A DNA stretch of 62,788 nucleotides, counting the filler, from Chiloscyllium plagiosum (taxonomy: Eukaryota): the NCBI RefSeq assembly GCF_004010195.1. It is 3 parts of one record of this genome, joined end to end, with 100 filler letters (N's around TTAATTAATTAA, not from the genome) between each part and the next. Parts side by side here need not be neighbours in the genome. Positions count along the whole stretch, not along the records: positions 1 to 31,619 come from NC_057713.1; positions 31,720 to 56,617 come from NC_057713.1; 1 more part is not named here. One strand, 5' to 3'. This document shows, one piece after another, positions 25,610 to 37,989 of the stretch. The position numbers were made by a program, and so were the translations under genes. The notes beneath the pieces are model-generated. The model saw only the letters and a program-made list of their open reading frames with translations, was not told the origin of the DNA and searched no databases. The first letter of the stretch is position 1. Each line of letters opens with the position of its first letter.

Positions 25610-25786
25610 TTGATTAGATTCCCTACAGTGTGGAAACAGGCCCTTTGGCCCAACCAGTCCGCACTGACCCTCCAAAGAGTAACCAACCCAGACCCGTTGC
25701 CCTCTGACTAATGCACCTAACACTATGGGCAATTTAGCATGGCTAGGCAAAAGGGCCTGTTTCCACACTATAGGAAATCTAATCAA
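25610..25786. mobile_element. HE1 SINE 3' fragment with inverted duplication of its tail
   Basis: 37-bp arms 25610-25646 and 25750-25786 are reverse complements (35/37). Confidence 0.75.
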
Positions 25787-26139
25787 ATGATAGATTTCCG
25801 GACCTATGTGAGAGCTTAAATTTTATAGTAATGCCTACTGCTACAGGAAGTTGGTTCAGCAATAGTTTATGTGAAAGAATCAAAGCAAAAATAATGAGAT
25901 GTTGGACAAATTACTGGCAGATCAGTTGAATTGTAAGTTAGAAATGGCAATGACATCAGTAGTACATGCGAAAGTCGTCATGATCAGAAGGTATTTGTGA
26001 CCACCAGTAGGATGGAAGAGAGGATGAGAAATATGGTTAAACTAAGAATATTAGAACAGGAAAGAATTCAGAGTATATTCGGAAGTTAATGGGAGAGGTC
26101 AACCTGCGCCGTCAGATGGGTAGATATGTATGGAAATGA

Positions 26140-26260
26140 GCTAGGCAAAGTGAGGACTCCTGATGCTGGAGATTAGAGTGGTGCTGGAAAAGCACATCAG
26201 GTCAGGCAGCATCCAAGGAGCAGGAAAATTTACTTTTCGGGCAGGAACACTTCATCAGGA
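26140..26260 (-). mobile_element. Short Penelope pLTR-only insertion with 14-bp TSD
   Basis: TSD atgtatggaaatga at 26126-26139 and 26261-26274; ends in a decayed hammerhead motif. Confidence 0.75.
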
Positions 26261-26974
26261 ATGTATGGAAATGATGCAACCCAGATGGAATTTAAAGATA
26301 TAGGTTGGTACCTAGAGGCTTTGAAGAGTATTTGCAGGGAGGAAGTGAATTTTGACTGGAAAAATCATTTTAAAAATACTTCTAGTCATTTTAACAACCT
26401 TTTGTTATAAATGTGTCACTATAGATATTCATTCAGGATAGTCAAAGAGTAATAACAGCACCCAAAAGAAGCACCAAGAACAGAGGGAAAAGTCTGGAAA
26501 TTGTACAAGTACATTTGCACATTGTTGAAACTTTATTGCTGGAACAGCAGGTCAGGCAGCATCCAGGGAACAGGAGATTCGACGTTTCGGGCACAGGCCC
26601 TTGCACATTAAATAGTTTCCACTTCACTGAAAGTTTTACATAAAACATTTTGTCAACATGTACTTGGACGAGACTATGAAAAGCAATGCATTACAACCAT
26701 TCTGCCTTAAAGAGCATGTAGGACACCAGAAGGAGGTGAAGGCCTTTTAAGACCACATTGAATTTTATTATCTTAAAATGTAATAAAATGTCTGACATAT
26801 TTCACTTTTCAACAACACTTCAGACCATTTAAATGACTTTTAACTTCATTTCTGTCGGGTTCTGATTTGCAATCAGTAATTTGCAGACTTTAGGTGGCTT
26901 GAATCACCTCCAAATTCCTGGTTCTGACACTGGACTTATTTAAGGAATGTAAACTGAAGAAGGCAGTAGACAGG

Positions 26975-28460
26975 TGTATCAGGGCAAAAGAATCTCTGCT
27001 TTATTTAAATACAAAAGGTAAGTACAATATAAAAGAGATACAGATTAAAAACACTAAACTAAAATTATCACTATCAATGATTCAGAGAACAGTTATGAAA
27101 TACACTATTACATTAAAAATAGGTTAAACACTATTTGAACCTAAAACAACAGTTTTAATCACAGGAACTTCATAGTCAGGCTTCCTACCCTTGTTGTCCC
27201 ATAAACCACCTGCCACCCCCTCCCTGCTAGCTAGGCTGAAAAGTTTGGGGGTATTGCGAGTTTAAGCTCACCACTGAGGAAAATATGGTTTTAAAGTGCA
27301 CCCAGTTGCTGAAATTCTTGCTGTCAATTTTCGTGGTTCGGAACACGCCAGTGTCTGGAAGCTGTTTTTCGGATAGTGCTTGGTTGGCCTCCCCCCTCTT
27401 GGATGTCCTTTGTTCTGATGATGTTCTTGGTTTGGTTTCCTGATTCAGCCTCTCTGTTCAGCCCCTGTGGTTCTTGGTTCAGAAGCTGATTGTTGGGGCT
27501 GGAAACCTGTGGGGAAACTGTTTCTGCAGAAGCTTATTGTTGAAAAAGACTCTCTCAGGTGAGATATGGACTGTGTGCTCCATTATCTCCTTTCAACTTT
27601 GTATTATCCATTGTGTTTCTGTTATTTCCATCTGAAGTCAGATTGCTTCCCAATAATAAAGAAAATGCGTAAGTGGATTTTGTTGTAGTTGGATTTCCAG
27701 TATCTCTTAATTATATAATTCCTATTTTGTGGAGGCAGGCCACTTGGTCCATCATCTTCACACCAACCCTCCAAAGAACATCCCACTAAGACCCACCCCA
27801 CTACCCTATCCCTGCATTTCCCATGGTTAACCCACACAGCCTGCACATCCTGGACAATATGGGGCAATTTAGCATGGCTAAGTCACCTAACTTGCACATC
27901 TTTGGACTGTGGAAGGAACCCAGAGCACCCAGAGGAAACCCTCATAGACATGGCGAGAATGTGCAAACTCCACACAGACAGTAACCCAAGGCTGGAATCA
28001 AACCTAGGTTCCTAGTGCTGTGAAGCAGCAGTGTTAACCACTGTGCTGTCTGTGCTGCGTAGCCCAAGGTGTAAAATTAGTTTCAGTCTACAGTGTTAGG
28101 TTTGATTGATTGTTCTCTTAGAGTAGAGATGTAAATTGGAATTCTAGCCTGAGCAATGGTTCCAAGCAACTATCTCTGTGTTTTTGTGATTTTCCCAGAG
28201 TCTAGTATTTTAGTTGATGGGGAGATTTGTTCAATCCTACATTTCACTGACGTTCAAAATTAACCTTGCAGCTAAGACTATCAAAGTTCGTCCTAGACCA
28301 CATATTAAAAGATCTAAAACAAATCCTGTCTCAAACTCATATCTGCGGGGGATAGAACCGAATCTTATGATTTATATTAATTTGACTGGCAACCTTTAAA
28401 CCTCCATAATTGGTTAGAGATCAAAAAGCCCCAATGTGGAAATCTTAAAATATTCTACAC
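26975..28460 (-). mobile_element. Possible LTR-derived sequence (interrupted by a SINE)
   Basis: Starts TGT, reverse AATAAA at about 27000, LTR-like composition; boundaries uncertain. Confidence 0.25.
27715..28040 (-). mobile_element. HE1-like SINE (older subfamily)
   Basis: Diverged tRNA head and central domain. Confidence 0.8.
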
Positions 28461-29072
28461 AAACTTTAAATCTGCATGTGCTATGTCAGAAAATGCATGT
28501 CAAATGTACAATGTAATGCGGACCCAAGAGGACAATCTGGGCTTCCATTCATTGTTATCTATGTAGTAGCCAGTACAGGCAGGCATTCTGAAATTGTCTC
28601 ATTATACTAATGTAAGTTGGTTAAGAATTCTTTGCTTGTGGGTGAAATCCAAAATTAATATTTCTATTCTGTTTGACCTGTTCTTTTCTTTTACTCCCTC
28701 ATATGATAGAAAAGCTTTATCAGACCAATGTTAATCATCTAAATTCAAAGTACAAACATTGGTCAATCCATGTTGCTTTCGGTTAATTAAATTACATAGA
28801 CTAAGTACATTATAAGATGCCTTTTGCTGTCATTTACTTCTCATGTACATGAGGAGCTAACCAGTTACTGGGATATTGAACTTTAAAAAGGCAAAGTAAA
28901 AGTAAGTCACTATAATGCCAGAAGACCAAAGGGCTGCTCTTTCATTAGAGAGAGAGACAACTGGTGATGCTTTAACTCTTCTAGCAAGAGGAGAGATTGA
29001 GAAGGAGGGGCCTTCATGGTGAACTTTAAAGAAGCATCAACAGAAAGCCCTAAGATATATGAAAATGTACAA

Positions 29073-29390
29073 CGGCATGGTGGCTCAGTGGTTAGCACTG
29101 CTGCCTCACAGTGCCAGGGACCCGGATTTGATTCCAGCCTCGGGTGACTGTCTGTGCAGAGTTTGCATGTTCTCCTTGTGTCTCCATGGGTTTCCTTCAG
29201 GTGATCTAGTTTCCTCCCACAATCCAAAGATATGCAGGCTAGGTGAATTGGCCATGCTAACTTGCCCATAGTGTCCAAAGATGTGTGGGATTAGGTGTAT
29301 TAATCAGGGGTAAATGTAGAAGAATGAGTCTGGGTGGGTTACTCTTCAAAGGGCTTGTTGGGCCTGATTCCACACTGTAGGGATTCTATG
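29073..29390 (+). mobile_element. HE1-like SINE
   Basis: ggcatggtggctcagtggttagcactgctgcctcacag head; ttccacactgtagggattctatg tail. Confidence 0.85.
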
Positions 29391-29869
29391 AAAAAAAGAC
29401 ATATTTAGGCAGCAAGGAAAACAGTGTGTGAGAGAAAAGGAAATTAGTTTTTGTTCACCTTAGAGTCTGTTGTAGTGAGTAGAATGTAGAGTTGTTTACA
29501 TTGTTATTCATTCATTTTGTAGGCACACAGGAAAGGATGTATTTATTTGATGTTGATTTAAAGAGATGATTACTGACATGTTCTTGAGATCAGTACAATG
29601 TTGGCATCCTGTTATGTTTTAGAATGGTAATAATTTGAATATTTAGTCTTTTACTCAAAGGTGAAGGAGGAAGAGGGAAGGAGGTATTGTCAAAACAATA
29701 CTGTGTTGTAAAAAGATTTCAATGATCAGATATGCCTTGATGCTCCTTGGACCAGCCATTGTGGATTCCTCAGAGTGATTCTTCTGATTCTATCTTCGGT
29801 ATAAACCTGCCTACAAAGTAGTTACAGCCACTTCTCCAAAAATGTCCAGATTTGAGGAAAAGTTAATTT

Positions 29870-30700
29870 CATCTTTTTTTTATTCACTTCTGGATGAGGG
29901 CATCGCCCATCCCTAGTTTTCCTTGAGAAGGTGATGGTGAGCTGCCTTCTTGAACTGCTACAGTCCACCTGCTGTGGGTTGACCCAGAGTGCTATTAGGA
30001 GAGAATTCCAGGATTTTGACCCAGCAACAGTGAAGGAAGATACCTCCAAGTCAGGATGGTGAGTAGCTAGGAGGGGAACTTGAAAGTAGTGGTGTTACCG
30101 TTTATCTTCTGCTGTTGTTTTTCTAGATGGAAGTGCTTGTGGGTTTGGAAGCTGTTGTCGGAGTTTCTTTGGCAAATTTCTGCAATGCATCTTTTAGATA
30201 GTACACATGCTGCTACAGTGGTAGAGTGAGTGGCTTCCTGTGGATGTAGTGCCAATCAAGTGGGTAGTTTTTCCTAGATTGTGTCAAGCTTCTTGTGTGT
30301 TGTTGAGGCTTCACTCATCTCGGTAAGTGAGGAGTACACTGTCAGACTCCTAACTTGCGCTTTCTAGATGGGGGAGTCAGGAGGAGAGTTACTGCCCACA
30401 GTATTCCTAGCCTCTGACCTGCTCTTGAAGCCACTGTGTTTATGTGGTGAATCCAGTTGAGTTTCCAGTTAATAATAACCCCCAGGAAATTGATAATGGT
30501 GGACTCAGTAACAGTAACACCACTGGATGTCAAGGGATGGTGATGTTCATAACCTGGTATTTGTGTGGTGAGAATGATACTTGCTACTTGTCAGCTCAAG
30601 CCTGGATATTGTCCAGATCATGTTGCATTTGAGCATGGACTGCTTCAGTATTTGATGGGTTGTGAATGGTGCTGAACGTTGTGCAATCAGCTAACTTCTA
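29870..30700 (-). mobile_element. CR1-clade LINE (family 2) 3' fragment
   Basis: INFLGVIINWKLNWIHHINTVASRAGQRLGIL. Confidence 0.75.
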
Positions 30701-30703
30701 ACC

Positions 30704-30955
30704 TTGTTGTGAGAAAAACCATCAGCCTTGGAGTCAGAGTCAGGGTTCAATGACATAGTTTATTGTACAAGGTAATACCAGAGCTCCGGAGAGAGAAAGA
30801 CACCAACAGCACAGTGGTCAGCTGTGAGTCTTCTCTCAACCTGGAACACATGTCAAGATACTTTTATATGTTTTGTAATAATAGGTCAGTGATGTCTTTG
30901 TAACATGGTTTGTTTATGGTAAACATTGCAGAAGCGTTGATAGTTTTGGTATAGT
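30704..30955 (-). mobile_element. Partial LTR (U3-R-U5 end)
   Basis: Minus strand shows TATAAAAG (about 30861-30868), AATAAA (about 30759-30764) and a terminal CAACA. Confidence 0.45.
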
Positions 30956-30956
30956 C

Positions 30957-31619
30957 ATTCTGGATCAGTGGTGCTGGAAGAGCACAGCAATTCAGGCAGC
31001 ATCCGAGGACAGGCAAAATCGACGTTTCGGGCAAAAGCCCTTCATCAGGAATAAAGGCAGAGAGACTGAAGCATGGAGAGATAAGCTAGAGGAGGGGGGG
31101 GGTGGGAGAGAGTGGCATAGAGTAGAGAGAGGAGGAAAACTTCTTCAAGGCAGGCATCCTTGCAAGAGGATTCGCAGTAGGGTTAAAATCAACGAGGTAA
31201 AAACAATGACTGCAGATGCTGGAAACCAGATTCTGGATCAGTGGTGCTGGAACAGCACAGCAGTTCAGGCACCATCCGAGGACGGGCAAAATCGACGTTT
31301 CGGGCAAAAGCCCTTCATCAGAAATAAAGGCAGAGAGCCTGAAGCGTGGAAATGACCTGGGAGTTGCAGTGAGAGAGAGACTCCCTGAGATTCTTGTAGA
31401 GAGAAGAGGAAAACTTCTTCAAGGCAGGCATCCTTGCAAGAGGATTCGCAGTAGGGTTAAAATCAACGAGGTAAAAACAATGACTGCAGATGCTGGAAAC
31501 CAGATTCTGGATCAGTGGTGCTGGAACAGCACAGCAGTTCAGGCACCATCCGAGGACGGGCAAAATCGACGTTTCGGGCAAAAGCCCTTCATCAGAAATA
31601 AAGGCAGAGAGCCTGAAGC
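30957..31619 (-). repeat. Tandem array of Penelope pLTR + ORF-start units (about 274-bp period), each with a hammerhead motif
   Basis: CTGATGAAGGGCTTTTGCCCGAAACGTC at 31021-31048, 31294-31321 and 31568-31595; units include the ORF start MPALKKFSSSLYKNLRESL; cut by the gap. Confidence 0.85.
31294..31321 (-). ncRNA. Minimal hammerhead ribozyme motif (family 1), one of three tandem copies
   Basis: CTGATGA-A-GGGC-TTTT-GCCC-GAAAC-GTC; GUC cleavage triplet, palindromic ACGT stem III. Confidence 0.7.
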
Positions 31620-31719
31620 NNNNNNNNNNNNNNNNNNNNNNNNNNNNNNNNNNNNNNNNNNNNTTAATTAATTAANNNNNNNNNNNNNNNNNNNNNNNNN
31701 NNNNNNNNNNNNNNNNNNN
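31620..31719. other. Artificial scaffold linker (N44-TTAATTAATTAA-N44)
   Basis: Exactly 100 bp with a central six-frame stop 12-mer; identical construct at 56618-56717. Confidence 0.95.
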
Positions 31720-32100
31720 AGCTCACCCTCCCGCCCAGCTTTGTGTCATCTGCAAACCTGGAGTTATTGCATTTAGTTCTCTCATCTCAATCATTAATAT
31801 ATGTTGTGACTAGGTGGGTCCAAGCACTGATCCCTGTGATACCCCACTAGTCATGGCTGCCATTCAGTAAAAGACCGGTTTATTCCTGTTCCTGTTTCCT
31901 GTCTGCTGTGCTCAGTTGAAGCCAGTGTTGTGCCACAATGCCATGTGCTGTCAATGTGTGCAATCACCTTTTGCGTGGGGCTTTATTAAAAGACATCTGA
32001 AATCCAAGTAAACCACATCCCCTGGTTCACCCTCAATCATTCTATTAGTTAAATCCTCAGAAATTTCAGGAGGTGTGGGAAACATGATTTCTCTTTCATT
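31720..32100 (-). mobile_element. CR1 LINE RT fragment
   Basis: Reverse complement contains RFADDTKLG and VPQGSVLGP-like (gtatcacagggatcagtgcttggaccc) motifs. Confidence 0.75.
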
Positions 32101-32559
32101 ATGTTCCAAAGAAGATTCTTACTGGAACGGGACTGTTAGCTCTGTTTCTCGCTGCCCACAGATGCTGCCAACCTGCTGACTTCAGTATTCCGTTTTCACT
32201 TCAAATCCTCAGCATCTGCAGTATATCATTGTTACTCCCTTGCAGAAACCCACCTTGTCTCTGTCTGACCCCCTCAGTATTTTCCTGTTATCACATCCTT
32301 TCCAGAGGGAGGCACACCCTGAGTAAGGATATGGCTTTGGGGAAATTGGAGACAGTGTGGTCATTTGGTGCAGAGGGGAAGAGGTGCTTTTTGCTTTTTT
32401 TGGCTTATAGTTTGTCAGTTTTTTTTAAACAGGATAAACTGAAGCCCAGGTTCAGGGTCCGACACAGAATGGTAATATCACAGGTAAACTGCAGGTTCAC
32501 TGGTTGGTGATAATTATTCATGTGTCCATCTGTTACACTCAGATTGAAGGCAAATATGG

Positions 32560-33735
32560 GAAATAATTGCAGATTACAGACCAAATGATCAGTGTGATTT
32601 TTAAAAAAGTCAAATTAAGAGCTAAGTAATTAAAATGGAGATGCAAGGCCAGGTAATGTGTTGTTCCCACATGATGTAGGAGCTGAAGGACAACACTTGG
32701 CTCATTGTGTTGATTGCTTGAGGAACTCTGACTCAGAATTGATGAACTGGAGTCTGAGCTCAGAATATTGTGACATATCAGGGAGGTGAGAGATACCTGG
32801 ACATTGTGTTTCAGGAGGCAGTCACATCCCTGAGATTAACTACCTCAAATTTGGTCACTGGTAAGGGACAGGAGGGAGTGACTATGAGAGAGGTAATGCT
32901 GTAGGAGTCATAGCCCTTGAACTTGTGTAACAGGTTTGATATTCTCACTCCCCATGGGAATGAACGTGGGGGCTGTAGGAACGATGAGGAAGCTGACCAT
33001 AGCAACATGGTACAGGAAGCCATTCAAGAGGTGGGAGAAAAGGGAAATGGGATTGTAATCAAAGATGACAGAGTCAGGGGAATAAACAGTGTTCTCTGTG
33101 ACCAGGATCAGGAGTCCCGCACGGTGCCTGGATTCAGGATATCTCACTGGGCTGCAAATGAACTTGGAGTGGTCTATATAGATACCAATGAAATCAGCAG
33201 AAAGAGGAAAGTGAATCTACTGAGGAAATATGAGCAGCTACAGACTAAATAATAAAGTAAAACCAAAATGTTAATAATCTCTGGATTGCTACCTGAGCCA
33301 TGCGCAAATTATCGTAGGCTCAACAAGATTAAAGAGGTAAACACGTGGCTCAAAGATTGATGTGGAAGAAAGGGGTTTGAATTCATGGGACATTGGAACT
33401 GGGACTGGGGAAGGATGGAGCTGTTCCAATGGGACGGGCTCCACCTGAATCATTCTGGGACCAGAATCCTGGGGAATTACATCACAGCCTCAGAGTGAAG
33501 GGATGACCCTTTAGAACTGAGATGAGGAGAAATTTCTTCAGCCAGAGGGTGGGAACTGTATGGAACTCATTGCTGCAGAAGGCTGTGGAGGCCAAGTATT
33601 TGAGTGTCTTTAAGATGGAGATAGATATGTTCTTGACTGGCAAAGGGGTCAAGGACAACAAGGGGAAGGCAAGAAAATGGGGTTGAGAAACATATCAGGC
33701 ATGGCCGAATGGTAGAACAACTCGATGGGCCGAAT
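32560..33735 (+). mobile_element. CR1 LINE, ORF1 (zinc finger/leucine zipper + esterase) joined to the 3' end
   Basis: CNRFDIL, VVYIDTNEI, DGLHLN; then RTEMRRNFFSQRV..WNSL RT C-terminus and tail. Confidence 0.75.
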
Positions 33736-33737
33736 GA

Positions 33738-34152
33738 GGTAAAAACGACTTCAACCCCAGGGCATCAATGTGGATTTTAACAGTTTCCTCATTTCCCCTT
33801 CCCCCACCTCATCCTCGCTTCTAACCTCCAGCAACTCGATCCCTGACCTGTCCGGACTTGTCCGACCTGCCCAGCTCGTTTTCCACCTATCCACTCCACC
33901 CTCTCCTCCCTGACCTATCACCTTCATCTCCTTCCCCACTGACCTATTGTACTCTATGCCACTCTCTCCCCACCCCTACCCTCCTCTAGCTTATCTCTCC
34001 ACGCTTCAGTCTCTCTGCCTTTATTCCTGATGAAGGGCTTTTGCCCGAAACGTCGATTTTGCCTGTCCTCGGATGCTGCCTGAATTGCTGTGCTCTTCCA
34101 GCACCACTGATCCAGAATCTGGTTTCCAGCATCTGCAGTCATTGTTTTTACC
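33738..34152 (+). mobile_element. Penelope 3' end + pLTR (family 1)
   Basis: LQPQGINVDF ORF end; pLTR nearly identical to the reverse complement of the 31-kb array; short inverted terminus aggtaaaaac/gtttttacct. Confidence 0.85.
34027..34054 (+). ncRNA. Minimal hammerhead ribozyme motif (family 1)
   Basis: CTGATGAAGGGCTTTTGCCCGAAACGTC. Confidence 0.7.
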
Positions 34153-34639
34153 TTGGTATAGTCATTGTCAGTTCCTGCACAGCCTTTGTTAATTTCAGCA
34201 TGGTTGTTGTCAGTTTCAGTGCAGACATTGTCAGTTTCAATTTCTGCGTGGAAGTCCATTGCAGTAGTAATGGGTGCTAATCACTCTTCCTGAGAAGGAC
34301 GATTACTGCAGCCCTGGTTACTATCACTCTGTACTGAGTTCATATCAAACTGTTAGCATTTCTATCAAAGGTATTGGCTGGACCCAGATACTTTGGCAGG
34401 CAGTGTATGTTACTCATGTGTATTCTCTCCCCGACCCACCGTAAGCTAATCAACTAGGTTGTGAGTGCATTGTTTTGGCATTCTGGTGGCCCCAGGCAGT
34501 GTCTGTATTTGCTCTGCTGGATCTCTCCATATTGTGGTCTGGCAGCCATCTTGTGTGTCAAGTGGCCAACTGATAGCTCAGCAGCCATCTTGTGTGTCCA
34601 TGGGCCTAGTGTCACCCTGCCCCATTGCCATCTCCCACT

Positions 34640-37010
34640 TCAGAGAGAAGGTCACTGATAAAGTGGCTGAAGATGGCTAGGCCTAAGACACTACCCTGAG
34701 AAACTCCTACAGGCACGTCGTGGAACTGAGATGACTGACCTCCAACAACCACAACAACCTTCCTATGTGTCAGGTGTGACTCCAATCTTGAGAGAGTTTA
34801 CCCCCGATACCCATTGATTACAGTTTTGCTAGTGCTCCTTGATGTCACACTCAGTTGAATGCAGCCTTTATATCAAGGGCTGACATTCTCACTTCACCAC
34901 TGGAATTCAGCTCTTTTATCCACGTTTGAACCAGGACTGTAAGGAGGTCAGGAGCTGAGTGAATCTGACGGAACCCAAACTGGGCACCACTGAGCAGGTT
35001 ATTGCTGAACAGCTGCTGCAATGATAGCACTTCAATCACTTCTCTGATGATCGAGAATAGAGTGATGGGGCAGTAATTGGCTGGGGTGGATTTGTTCTGC
35101 TTTTTATGTACAAGACATGCCTGGACAATTTTCCACATTGTCGGCTAGATGTCAGTGTTGTAACTGTACTGGAACAGCTTGCTTCGGGGAGGGCATGTTC
35201 TGGAGAATGAGTCTTCAGAGCTATTGCCAGAATGTGGTCAGGGCCTATATTCTTTGCAATGTCCAGCATCTTCAACTGTTTCTTGATATTACATACAGTG
35301 AATTGAATTGGCTGAAGACTGGTTTCTGTAATGCTGGGGAGCACAGGGTGGGGGATGGGGGTGGTGGTGTGGTGAGGTCAAGATTGATCATCTGTTCAGC
35401 ACTTCTGACTGAAAATTGTTGCTCAAACTTCAAGCTTCAGCCTTATCTTTTTCATGGATGTGCTATGTTCTTTCATCATTACAGATGGGGATATTTGTGG
35501 AATGTCCTCCTCCAGTGAGTTGTTAAATTGTCCACTATCATTCATGATTGGATATTGCAGGACTCAGAGCTTAGATCTGATCCATTGGTTGTGTGATCCA
35601 TTGGCTATGCCTATCACTTACTGCTTATGCTGTTTGGTGTGCAAGTCCTGTTTGGTAGCTTCATCAGGTGGACACCTCATCGTCAGGTATTCCTGGTACT
35701 GTTCCTGGCATGCCGTTGTGCACTCTCCAGTGAATCAAATTGATCTCCTAACTTGATGGCAATGATTGAGTGTGGGATATGCTAAGCCATGAAGTTACAG
35801 ATTGTGCTGGAGTACAATTCTGCTGCTGTTGATGGCCCACAGTACCTCATGGAGGCCCAGTCTAGAGGTGCTAGATCTGTTTGAAGTCTGTCCCAAAGTG
35901 ATAGTGCCACACAACACAATGAAGGTTATTCGCAATGTGAAGGTGGGACTTCATCTCCATAAGGTCACTCTCAGCCTTACTGTCTTGGACAGAGACATAT
36001 GCAGCTGACAGATTGGTGAGGATGAGATCAAAGCTGAAAATGCGTTGCTGGAAACGTGCAGCAGGTCAGACTGCATCCAAGGAGCAGGAAAATCTAAGTT
36101 TCGGGCATGAACCTTTCTTCAGGAATGTTTTTCCCTCTTGTTGGTTCTCTTGCCACCTGCTGCAGACCCAATCTAGCAGCTATGTCTTTTTTTTTTAAGA
36201 TTAGATTACTTATAGTGTGGAAACAGGCCCTTCAGCCCAACAAGTCCACACCGAACCGCTGAAGCGCACCCACCCAGACCCATTCCCCTACATTTACCCC
36301 TTCACCTAACACTACAGGCAATTTAGCATGGCCAATTCACCTAACCTGCACATTTTTGGACTGTGGGAGGAAACCGGAGCATCCGGAGGAAACCCACGCA
36401 GACACGGGGAGAATGTGCAAACTCCACACAGTCAGTCGCCTGAGGCAGGAATTGAACCCAGGTCTCTGGTGCTGTGAGGCAGCAGTGCTAACCACTGTGC
36501 CACAATGCCGCCCGACCAGCTCAATCAGTCGTACTGCTGCCAAGCCACTCATGTTGGTGGATATTGAAATTCCCCACTCAGACTACATTTTGTGCCTTCT
36601 CCATCTTCAGTGCTTCTTCTAATTGTTGTTCCACATGGAGGAGTACTGATTCATAGCTGAGGGAGTATACAGTAATCATCAGGAGATGTCCTTGCTCATG
36701 TTTAACCTGAAGCCACAAGCTTGCATGGGGTCTGGCCACAAGATTGCACGTGTACTCTCAGAGTAACTCCCTCCCAACTGTATGCCACTGTGTCACCACC
36801 TCTGCCTGGCCTATCCTGCCGGTGGGACAGAATATATCCAAGGATGATGATGGTGGCATTCTGGAACATTGTCTGCAAGGTGTGATTCCGTGAGTATGAC
36901 TATGTCAGGCTTTTGCTTCAATTGTCTGTGAGACAGATTACCCAATTTTGGCAGTAGACACCAGATGTTAAGCAGTAGGGCTTTGCAGCGTCAACAAGGC
37001 TGTTTCTGCT
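34640..37010 (-). mobile_element. CR1-clade LINE (family 2) ORF2 fragment (EN to RT), with nested pLTR (about 36030-36125) and SINE
   Basis: PANYCPITLFSII, LLSGAQFGFRQIHSAPDLL, SALDIKAAFN. Confidence 0.8.
36198..36512 (-). mobile_element. HE1-like SINE, young
   Basis: Complete head/body/tail, close to the family consensus seen in this window. Confidence 0.9.
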
Positions 37011-37989
37011 GGTACATTTGGTCATCCATCTATTAAAGGAAGGACCTGATACTCAGTTCCACTGCAGTCAATGGAATTAAACAGCAAACATTGGCTAATT
37101 AACATTTGAAGTTCCATCTCCTCATTCAGGAAGTTGAGAAAAACATTAACAAAAACTACTCACAGACTTCTTGTTGAGAAAAATGAGGAACAAGATTACA
37201 ACAATGAGGTTGCTGGAATAGAAAGTGATGGAGAATACAATGCATGATTTGGATGTTTTTCCAAAGATAACTGAAAGATCTATGTCTGAAGATGAGAGAT
37301 TCTTAATGACAAATTAACTTGCTGAGTGACCACTTTCACCAATTTCACCAGAAAATTTCTTCCACTGAGAACCATGGAGACTGGGTCATGGAATATCTTC
37401 AAGTAAAGGAATAGTGGGTTACGGTGTCAGACTGAACAGGCTTGACCAGCCAAATGGCCTAGTCCTATTCCAATTTCTTTTGTTTGTCACAGGCATTGTA
37501 TATTGCACATTTCATCTAGTATGCGCACAAACTGGAGCATACTGTGCACCCTCTTTCAACCTGATATTATAGAAAGTGTTGTGATTACCTGCAGATTCGG
37601 ACAAAGGATATCTGCATTCTTTATTTGCTGTAACTTCAAATGTAGAAACGACTGCAAAATTGAGGAAAACTAGGCAATTCTGGATTTCCTACACAGTAAG
37701 TAGCTATTTCCGATATACACATTATAAAGTGTTTTTATAATCTGTTCTTTTCTTGCTGAGCTTTCTTTACAGACAGTTGAAAGCTGATCTTCCATTCCCA
37801 AAAAAAACCCTGTTGCAAGCCCAAATTCACAGCCACCACCATAAAAAGTGTTTTACTTGCATGTTATCTCAACATGATGTAGCAATTTGAAAACGACTAA
37901 CATGCTGAAATTAAATTGTGAATTGCTGTGAAATAAGTTTAAAGAAATGGATCGTTGTTAAATGCTTGAAGATTATCTTCCCTCTGAAT

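Noticed and set aside
30957..31619. CRISPR-like repeat-spacer array
   Set aside because: Eukaryotic context, repeats over 150 bp, Penelope-derived, no cas genes
31664..31675. TTAATTAATTAA palindrome (also 56662-56673) as a biological motif
   Set aside because: Centred in exactly 44+44 Ns; it is an assembly spacer
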